Of a DNA stretch of 64,000 nucleotides, positions 57,159-64,000 are shown one piece after another. The notes under the pieces were generated by a model that did no database searches, was not told the DNA's origin, and saw only the letters and a program-made list of their open reading frames with translations. The position numbers were made by a program, and so were the translations under genes. Each line of letters opens with the position of its first letter. The stretch's first letter is position 1. The DNA is from Candidatus Aminicenantes bacterium (GTDB lineage Bacteria; Acidobacteriota; Aminicenantia; Aminicenantales; CALLJL01): positions 13,955 to 77,954 of the forward strand of contig JAOAFQ010000012.1 in the NCBI GenBank assembly GCA_026416195.1, read 5' to 3'.

Positions 57159-58523
57159 CTAAAAAATTATATTAATAGCCTCCCGCAGGGTACTTACCCC
57201 CTGCAGACGAATTAGGCCAATGTCGTCCCTTTCTAAGGCCATCAAGTTTCCTCGGGGAAGTATGACGGTTTCAAACCCAAGCGACTCAGCCTCTCTCACT
57301 CGGCTTAAAGCTTGGGAAACTGATCTCACCTCACCACTTAGACCAATTTCACCAAAAACTACGGCTCCGTTGGGCACAGCCTTATTTTTCAGACAAGAAA
57401 TGATAGCCAATGCTATTGCCAGGTCGGCGGCTGGCTCATCAATATTAAGGCCACCTGCTACGTTAACATAAATATCGTCGCTAGCAAAGCTGCGACCGAG
57501 ACGTTTTTCTAAAATCGCTAAAATCATCGCCGACCGATAATGATCAAGACCAACTGCCATCCTTCGTGGATTGCCGGAAAAAAGGGTTGGCGAGACCAGG
57601 GCTTGAATTTCAGCTAACATTGGCCTTGAGCCCTTGACTGTGGCGACGACCACACTGCCGGGTTCGCCTACCGGTCTTTCTTTAAGGAAAAACTCAGAAG
57701 GATTAGGAATAGCTTGCAATCCCGAAGAGGTCATTTCAAAAACCGCTAATTCAGCCACTGAACCAAAGCGGTTCTTCAGGGCTCTTAGAACCCGATGAGT
57801 GTGGTCTCTTTCTCCTTCAAAAAGGAGAACTACATCAACCATATGCTCAAGAGATTTTGGCCCGGCTAGGCCTCCTTCCTTGGTTATATGGCCAACCAGA
57901 AAAGAGGCAATCTGATTCCTTTTGGCTAAGCGAAAAATTTCATTAGCCACTTCTCTCACTTGGCTAATCGTCCCAGGCCCGGAAGTCAATTTGGCTGAGT
58001 AGATCGTCTGGACAGAATCAATAACTAATACCTTTGGCTCAATTCTTTCAGCCAGATTCACAATTCTCTCGAGATTGGTTTCAGCTAGAAGATAAAGGTC
58101 TCCATCCCTAATTCCCAGCCGATCACCTCTTATTTTAATTTGCTCAAGCGATTCTTCACCCGAAACATAAAGAATTCTTTCCCCTTTCAAAGCTAAATCC
58201 CGGCAGATTTGGAGAAGTAAAGTTGATTTGCCGATTCCTGGCTCACCGCCGATGAGAACCAAGGAGCCAACCACTAGGCCGCCACCTAAAACCTTATTAA
58301 CTTCCTCTAGAGGGAGCTGGATTCTAGGCTTCTTTGTCTCTTTAATGTCTTGAAATAGGATAGGCTCCTGAAGGGGAAAAGAAGGGGCAAAAGGCCGTGT
58401 CTCTTTATCTTCGATTTCTTCGACCAAAGAGTTCCATTCACCGCAATTAGGACAGCGTCCAAGCCATTTGGCCGAATTAAAGCCGCAACTTTGGCAAATA
58501 AAAATGGCTTTTGGCTGGCTCAT
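57159..58523 (-). CDS. radA: DNA repair protein RadA
   Basis: [37 protein letters not shown]. Confidence 0.97.
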   Translation of the reverse strand: MSQPKAIFICQSCGFNSAKWLGRCPNCGEWNSLVEEIEDKETRPFAPSFPLQEPILFQDIKETKKPRIQLPLEEVNKVLGGGLVVGSLVLIGGEPGIGKSTLLLQICRDLALKGERILYVSGEESLEQIKIRGDRLGIRDGDLYLLAETNLERIVNLAERIEPKVLVIDSVQTIYSAKLTSGPGTISQVREVANEIFRLAKRNQIASFLVGHITKEGGLAGPKSLEHMVDVVLLFEGERDHTHRVLRALKNRFGSVAELAVFEMTSSGLQAIPNPSEFFLKERPVGEPGSVVVATVKGSRPMLAEIQALVSPTLFSGNPRRMAVGLDHYRSAMILAILEKRLGRSFASDDIYVNVAGGLNIDEPAADLAIALAIISCLKNKAVPNGAVVFGEIGLSGEVRSVSQALSRVREAESLGFETVILPRGNLMALERDDIGLIRLQGVSTLREAINIIF

Positions 58524-58525
58524 TA

Positions 58526-59839
58526 TTATCTTCGGACTCCAAGACCAAGAATTAAATTACGATGGTTAGCCACACCGAGATCATCAACTCCTATAGTAAA
58601 ATAAAAGTTCCTTCCAAGATAATAGCGCGAAAGAAAGCGCCATTTAGGTCCCATCTCTCGATTAAAGGCAAAACTTTCTAAACTGAAAAAAAGATGGTTA
58701 GCTAGGGGACTGAAATCAAGACCAACCCCTAATTCCGATTCAAAGAAGCCAGCCCTGGCTTGGACGGTTCCCAACTTTAAACCTCCTTGGAGATTCCAAA
58801 GAAAACCAGCGGTCTTAGGCTCGCGCACTAAGCCAAGGGAGAAAAATTGAGGACGCTCATGGCCTTTGGTCCAAAAAGATAAAGAAAGTTCACCTCGCAA
58901 TTTTTGAGAGGAAAGAAGATAATCAGCCCTAATTTCGGGCGTTAAGTTTGCACTGGCCATCTTTTCGGCCAAGTTTGCCAGTCGGTCAACCGTTCTTTGA
59001 GTTTGTTCATAAAGCTCGGGATTTTGAAGTAATTTACCCAAGGTTCCTTGACCGCTCTCCAATCGATTGATAATTTGATCAAGCTTGGCGACATTACCTT
59101 TCAATCTCTCGCTTATCTCCCGAAAATTAGCTAAGCTTTCTTGAAAATTATCTCGGTTAAGGTCAAGGAATTCTTCAAGAGAAGTAGCCAAATTTTGAAG
59201 TTGTTGAACCAGCTTTCTTACTTCAGAATTAAATTCAGCTATCTCAGCGGAAAAACTCTGGAGTTTCTTTTCAAGGTAAGGTTGAGTGGATTTTAAAAGT
59301 TGGCTCATTTCCTGGCTCACTGAAGCTAAGTTCTTAAGAATCAAAGCAAAATTTTCTTTTTCTTGAGGACCGACGAGACGCTGCCAAGTCGAGCTTAGCT
59401 CTTTTATTTCCTCACCAATAGAAATAAGCATGAGGCCTATTTGATCAAAACTTACCGAGGGTAGGGAAGCTATCTCATCACCGGGTTGACAAGGTATTTT
59501 TTCTTGGCCAGGTAAAATTTCAATGTATCTTTCACCAAGCAAACCAAGACTAGCTAAATAAGCTTTGGAATCCCGAGGAATCTTTATTCCAGGAAAAATA
59601 CTCAGCTTAATTAACGCTCGATTATAAGCTAATTCAATCTCCTTGACATAACCAATTTTTACTCCAGCCATACGCACAGCTGTATGTTTGTCAATCCCTA
59701 AAGCCGAATCAAAAGAAGAGAGAAGAAGATAACCAGAGGGTTTAAATAGCCGACTTAAGTCACCAATAATAAAAATAAAAAGAGCCAGTATAAGGAAGGT
59801 AAGGCCCAAAAAAAACCCTATTTTAGCTTCTCGGCTCAT
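58526..59839 (-). CDS. mlaD: MCE/MlaD family protein with long helical region and C-terminal beta-rich domain
   Basis: N-terminal TM; MCE motifs VRMAGVKIGYV, SLGLLGERYIEI; QGTLGKLL; amphipathic beta strands at the C-terminus. Confidence 0.88.
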   Translation of the reverse strand: MSREAKIGFFLGLTFLILALFIFIIGDLSRLFKPSGYLLLSSFDSALGIDKHTAVRMAGVKIGYVKEIELAYNRALIKLSIFPGIKIPRDSKAYLASLGLLGERYIEILPGQEKIPCQPGDEIASLPSVSFDQIGLMLISIGEEIKELSSTWQRLVGPQEKENFALILKNLASVSQEMSQLLKSTQPYLEKKLQSFSAEIAEFNSEVRKLVQQLQNLATSLEEFLDLNRDNFQESLANFREISERLKGNVAKLDQIINRLESGQGTLGKLLQNPELYEQTQRTVDRLANLAEKMASANLTPEIRADYLLSSQKLRGELSLSFWTKGHERPQFFSLGLVREPKTAGFLWNLQGGLKLGTVQARAGFFESELGVGLDFSPLANHLFFSLESFAFNREMGPKWRFLSRYYLGRNFYFTIGVDDLGVANHRNLILGLGVRR

Positions 59840-60019
59840 CCTTCACCTGCTTTTAGCCCACCTCTTCAGACTTTACCACACTCAATCCCTTTCCACCAAA
59901 TTCTCTTTTTTGACGGTTAAGCCGGAAATTAGATCAGCCGCTTATTCTTCGGACTATCTTTATCCTTTAACTTTATTAACTTCTAGCCAATTTAATCATC
60001 AACCGCTGGCCATCGTTTA

Positions 60020-60766
60020 TTACCAGTTGTCTATTGGCCCATGAGCTTCGCCTCGGATAAATTGTTGGACAATAGGATTCAAACTCTGTCGAATTTCTTC
60101 TGGAGTCCCTACTTCGATTATTCGGCCTCCATAAAGCATGGCTATTCGGTCAGCCACTTTGTAGGCACTAGCCATATCATGCGTAATAACAATCGAGGTC
60201 ATCCCCATTTCTTGTTTGAATTTGTTTATCATTTCATTAATAGCATCTGCTCTTATTGGATCAATGCCTGTCGAAGGTTCATCATAGAGCATGATTTCGG
60301 GACGATAAGCGATCGCCCGCGCTAAGCCCACCCTTTTCTTCATCCCCCCACTCAATTGATGAGGCATTAATTTTTCAACTCCTCTTAAACCGACCATCTC
60401 CAATGAGGCCCTGACAATCTCCCTAATCTCCTTGGAACTAAGACGAAGATGCCTTTCTAGGCCGAAGGCAACATTTTCAGCTACTGTCATCGAATCAAAG
60501 AGGGCCGCGCCCTGAAAAACCATACCAAATTTACGATTTAATCGCAGTCGTTCTTCTTCCTTTAGACCCGTGGTTTCGGTTCCATCTACATAAATTTTAC
60601 CTCGATCTGGTTTTAAAATCCCAATTATCAACTTAAGCAAGACACTTTTGCCTGACCCGCTTTGGCCAATAATAACCATTGTCTCACCTTTCTTAACTTC
60701 AAGATTGACACCGGATAGAACTTGTTTTTCCCCGAAAGATTTATGAAGATCGATAATTTTAATCAT
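60020..60766 (-). CDS. mlaF: Mla ABC transporter ATPase
   Basis: GQSGSGKS, GMVFQGAALFDSMTV, LSGGMKKRVGLARA, YDEPSTGIDP. Confidence 0.92.
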   Translation of the reverse strand: MIKIIDLHKSFGEKQVLSGVNLEVKKGETMVIIGQSGSGKSVLLKLIIGILKPDRGKIYVDGTETTGLKEEERLRLNRKFGMVFQGAALFDSMTVAENVAFGLERHLRLSSKEIREIVRASLEMVGLRGVEKLMPHQLSGGMKKRVGLARAIAYRPEIMLYDEPSTGIDPIRADAINEMINKFKQEMGMTSIVITHDMASAYKVADRIAMLYGGRIIEVGTPEEIRQSLNPIVQQFIRGEAHGPIDNW

Positions 60767-60825
60767 CGTCGCCTCAAGTAATCTTATGACCCTATATATA
60801 TCCTAAAATAAATAGTTAAAGATTT

Positions 60826-61617
60826 TTACCGGCCGCTCAAGCTTGCGGGCATCGCTTTACTCATAAAAAAATTAACAATTAAGATAACAATAGAACTTAT
60901 TACCACAGTCCGAGTGGTGGCCCTTCCTACTCCTTCAGCTCCACCCTCGGCCTTTAATCCTTGCCAGCAACCAACGATGGCAATAATTATCCCGAAAACA
61001 GCTGACTTAATTACTCCGCTGAGGACATCCCAAAGTTCCATAAACATTAAGGTTTGATTAATGTAAATTGTTTTATTAACACCCATAAGAATAACATTAA
61101 AAAAATAGCCAAAAAACATTCCTATTAAATCGCCATAAAGGGTCAAACAGGGAAGAGTAATAAAGGCAGCTAAAGTTCGAGGAACAACCAGGAAGCGGAT
61201 GGGATCAGCTCCCAAGCTCATGAGAGCATCAATCTGCTCGGTTATTTTCATCGTCCCAATTTCCGCTGCCATAGCCGAACCAGCTCGGCCAGCAACCATC
61301 AGACCGACCAAAATCGGAATAATCTCTTTGCAAAGACCTAAACCTAAGGCTGGTCCGCTGTAAGCTTCAGTCCCAGGCCCAATGTAGCGATTAAAACCCA
61401 CATACATTTGCAAAGCAAAGACTAAACCGCTGAAAGCTGCGGTCAAAGAGACGACGGGAAGAGAACGAACTCCAACTTCTTCAAGCTGCTGGAGAAAATA
61501 ACGTCCCTCCCAAGGCCGGCTGAATGAAGCCCGGAGAGTTCGAATAAAAATAAGAGCTACCTCACCCAAATTAATGATAAAAGTTTCAATGGGTAAAAAG
61601 GTTTTTTGTCGATTCAT
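60826..61617 (-). CDS. mlaE: Mla ABC transporter permease
   Basis: AGRAGSAMAAEIGTMKITEQIDAL, VVPR, GGAEGVGRATT; start taken at ATG 61617. Confidence 0.93.
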   Translation of the reverse strand: MNRQKTFLPIETFIINLGEVALIFIRTLRASFSRPWEGRYFLQQLEEVGVRSLPVVSLTAAFSGLVFALQMYVGFNRYIGPGTEAYSGPALGLGLCKEIIPILVGLMVAGRAGSAMAAEIGTMKITEQIDALMSLGADPIRFLVVPRTLAAFITLPCLTLYGDLIGMFFGYFFNVILMGVNKTIYINQTLMFMELWDVLSGVIKSAVFGIIIAIVGCWQGLKAEGGAEGVGRATTRTVVISSIVILIVNFFMSKAMPASLSGR

Positions 61618-61621
61618 TATT

Positions 61622-62986
61622 TTAGACAGGAATATAATCGGGATGACCAAGCTCGGCATCAACGAAGCGGGCAAAGCGATCTAAGAAAACCAATTTAACG
61701 GTATCCGTAGGGCCATTTCGCTGCTTAGCCACATGAATCTCAGCTATGCCTCGAACACTCTCATCATGCCGCCGATACATTTCCGGCCGATAAATAAAAA
61801 TGACGACGTCTGCATCCTGTTCAATCGCGCCTGATTCTCTCAAATCAGAAAGTTGAGGCCTCGGTTCTCTTCGGGCTTTTTCTGGGGCCCGGCTAAGCTG
61901 GGAAATACCGACCACAGGAATTTGAATTTCCTTAGCCAGCTCCTTTAAGGAACGAGAGATGAAAGACATTTCTTGGTTGCGATTCTCGAATTTACCACCT
62001 GTTCTCATCAATTGGATGTAATCAATAAAAAGGAGGTCAAGCTTTTGTTCCATCCGCAGGCGCCGAGCTTTAGCTTTCATTTCCGTAACAGTTAAAGCTG
62101 GGGTTTCATCTAAGTAAATCTTGGCTCGAGAAAGAGTTTCGGCGGCCAAACGAAGCCGTTCAAACTCCCGTTCGCTGATAAAACCTGTTCTTACTCGCTT
62201 AATATCAAGCTGGCTTTCCGCACAGAGCATGCGTAACACAATCTGCTCTTTAGCCATTTCCATAGAAAAAAAGCCCACCGAATATTCTGTTTGGCTGCCA
62301 ACATATTGAGAAATATTTAGGCAAAGAGCTGTTTTTCCCATAGAAGGGCGGGCCGCCACCACGATAAATTCAGAAGGGTGAAAACCTGCAGTGAGACTAT
62401 CTAGGTCGCGAAAACCGGTCGGGATTCCAGTAACTGCGTCCTTTTGCTCCACCCTCCGAGCAATCATTTCTAGAACTGGACGCGTAAGCTGCCCAACAGG
62501 AATAAAACCAGGTTTAACTCTTTGCTCGGCTACTTCAATAATTTCAGCTTGGGCTTCGTTTAGAAGTTCGTCGGCATCCTCCTTTTCTTCAAAGCCGGCG
62601 GCGATGATTTTAGCTGAACTGAAAATCAGTCGACGAAGCAAAGCCTTTTCTTTAATTATCCTGGCATAATATTCCACATTGAGATTTCGATGAACGCCAT
62701 CGAGCAAGGAAGAGACATAAGCAGCTCCGCCAACTTCCTCAATCTCACCTGAACGGCGAAGTTCTTCGGTCAAAGTGATGAGATCAGCCGGCATTCCTTT
62801 ATCTATTAAATTAATGATCTTATTAAAAATTTTTCGGTGGGCCTCTTTATAAAAATCTTCAGGCGAAATAATGGCTAAAACTGGATTTAGAGAGGCATTG
62901 TTGATTAAAATACCACCCAAGACCGCCCTTTCGGCCTCGAGACTATGGGGCGGCGTTTTTTTCAGAAAGAGGAAATCAACATCCAT
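61622..62986 (-). CDS. dnaB: Replicative DNA helicase
   Basis: PPHSLEAERAVLG, AARPSMGKT, DYIQL, SQLSR, DLRESGAIEQDAD, KQRNGP; no intein seen. Confidence 0.97.
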   Translation of the reverse strand: MDVDFLFLKKTPPHSLEAERAVLGGILINNASLNPVLAIISPEDFYKEAHRKIFNKIINLIDKGMPADLITLTEELRRSGEIEEVGGAAYVSSLLDGVHRNLNVEYYARIIKEKALLRRLIFSSAKIIAAGFEEKEDADELLNEAQAEIIEVAEQRVKPGFIPVGQLTRPVLEMIARRVEQKDAVTGIPTGFRDLDSLTAGFHPSEFIVVAARPSMGKTALCLNISQYVGSQTEYSVGFFSMEMAKEQIVLRMLCAESQLDIKRVRTGFISEREFERLRLAAETLSRAKIYLDETPALTVTEMKAKARRLRMEQKLDLLFIDYIQLMRTGGKFENRNQEMSFISRSLKELAKEIQIPVVGISQLSRAPEKARREPRPQLSDLRESGAIEQDADVVIFIYRPEMYRRHDESVRGIAEIHVAKQRNGPTDTVKLVFLDRFARFVDAELGHPDYIPV

Positions 62987-63160
62987 CCCTTTTTTCTTTA
63001 TCCTACCTTTTTTATGCCTATTTTCCCTCTCACTGTTTATTTTATTAAATCTTATTCCACTTCCAAATACAAGCCAAGAGCTTTATTTTCAATTTTTTTC
63101 TTTTTCTCACTTTTTGTTTGGCAGGAAAAGAAAATTTTCTCTTTGACCAATGGAAAAAAT

Positions 63161-63610
63161 TTAAGTTTCTTCCCGAGCTACTTCTATCTGAATTTCAGCC
63201 TTTTCATCTCGATAAACTTTGATGGGAATAGTATAATGACCGAGACGACGAAGAGGTTCCTCCAAAAGAATCTTTTTCTTCTCAATTGTAAAGCCAAGCT
63301 TTTCCAACTCATCTTTGATATCACCAGCGCTGACTGAGCCAAAAATCATATCTTTTTCCCCTGCTTTACGTCGAAAAACTAGCTTGACTTGATTAAGTCG
63401 ATTAATTAGGTCTTTAGCACTTAATTTCTCTTTCTCTATTTTTTTAATTAAAGCCTGTCGCTCGATTTCAATCTGCTTAATATTTTGGGGAGTAACCTCA
63501 ACCGCTAATCGCCGGGGAATAAGATAATTCCGGCCAAAACCAGGAGCCACTTCCACAATATCGCCCTTATGACCTAATTTATCTACATCCTGCTTTAAAA
63601 GAACTTTCAT
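63161..63610 (-). CDS. rplI: 50S ribosomal protein L9
   Basis: MKVLLKQDV, VAPGFGRNYLIP, IFGSV. Confidence 0.96.
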   Translation of the reverse strand: MKVLLKQDVDKLGHKGDIVEVAPGFGRNYLIPRRLAVEVTPQNIKQIEIERQALIKKIEKEKLSAKDLINRLNQVKLVFRRKAGEKDMIFGSVSAGDIKDELEKLGFTIEKKKILLEEPLRRLGHYTIPIKVYRDEKAEIQIEVAREET

Positions 63611-63656
63611 CTTGACCTCCTTCTTTTCTTTATTCTTAAAGCTTTTTCAAGAAGAA

Positions 63657-63914
63657 TTAGTCAGCAATAAAGGGAAGGAGGGCCATAATCCGAGCTCTTT
63701 TAATTGCCTGAGCTAGTCGTCGCTGGTGAAAAGAACAGGTGCCGGTAGTTCGGCGGGGAGATATTTTGCCTCTTTCCGGGATATAACGGCGAAGAATATC
63801 CACATTCTTATAATCAATCTCACGGACGTTCATTTGGCAAAAACGGCAGACTTTCTTTTTTGGCGGGAAAAACCTTTTTATTTGAGCCTTTTCGATTTTT
63901 TCTTCCTTAGCCAT
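63657..63914 (-). CDS. rpsR: 30S ribosomal protein S18
   Basis: [35 protein letters not shown]. Confidence 0.96.
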   Translation of the reverse strand: MAKEEKIEKAQIKRFFPPKKKVCRFCQMNVREIDYKNVDILRRYIPERGKISPRRTTGTCSFHQRRLAQAIKRARIMALLPFIAD

Positions 63915-63952
63915 AAATTTAACCTCCCTTGACTTTACCCTAACCTCTTTTT

Positions 63953-64000
63953 CTATTTAGTTGTCTCTTCATTCATCCTAGCTTCTTTTTCTGAGCTAGT
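63953..64000 (-). CDS. 3' end of upstream gene (probably rpsF or ssb, by synteny only)
   Basis: Open frame [15 protein letters not shown] ending 39 nt before rpsR; identity cannot be read from 15 residues. Confidence 0.4.
   Translation of the reverse strand, partial: TSSEKEARMNEETTK

Noticed and set aside
5201-62669. Many 60-145 aa antisense or alternate-frame ORFs (e.g. 5201-5635, 16891-17298, 27183-27542, 41907-42335, 43093-43491, 56012-56389)
   Set aside because: All lie opposite or within well-supported genes and show no recognisable motifs or start signals
62987-63160. Strongly pyrimidine-rich 174-nt gap between rplI and dnaB, and the overlapping 130-aa ORF 62945-63337
   Set aside because: Reads as an ordinary A/G-rich promoter and leader on the minus strand; the ORF is a Phe-rich compositional artefact
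1-64000. CRISPR arrays, IS elements, prophage or integrase, rRNA and tRNA genes
   Set aside because: No spaced repeats, transposase or integrase motifs, or cloverleaf/rRNA signatures seen in any intergenic gap by eye; tRNAscan-SE and Infernal runs would confirm

Overview
Core chromosomal region of a diderm (LPS-making) bacterium with about 60 CDS, most on the minus strand. Gene content (Acidobacteria-type Hfq-like protein, CarD, secreted GH38 and M16 enzymes, DUF5916-type protein) suggests Acidobacteriota, possibly Aminicenantia; this is inference only. From left to right: accA-hisS-aspS; an exported RidA-family protein and an M16 peptidase pair; a YfiR-family protein plus membrane diguanylate cyclase; a ~16 kb minus-strand run rpmH-rnpA-yidD-yidC-jag-mnmE-mnmG-parA-parB-bactofilin-kdsB-pyrG-kdsA-kdsD-kdsC-PMM/PGM-manC with a parS site inside the last codons of mnmG; GH38 alpha-mannosidase; carD-CNNM-smpB; pdxA, Hfq-like, SGNH and DUF5916-type genes; an ECF sigma/anti-sigma/Spy-like/MacAB-TolC cluster; xdhC-mocA and a Tat-exported Fe-S aldo/keto reductase; TetR-MMPL-LolA-like-porin; a GmhB-Sua5 fusion; rpsR-rplI-dnaB-mlaEFD-radA-PIN/TRAM-ispD-ispF. 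I saw no rRNA, tRNA, CRISPR array, IS element or prophage. The strongest unexplained signal is a GGAAG-N16-CGTC motif found three times, correctly oriented 40-100 nt upstream of the ECF sigma operon and two small uncharacterised exported-protein genes. It points to a local ECF regulon with a non-canonical -35 element, and the sigma factor has an unusual Asp in its -35 recognition helix. Other notable items are the GmhB-Sua5 fusion and an MlaD with a C-terminal beta-rich domain in a minimal MlaEFD system.
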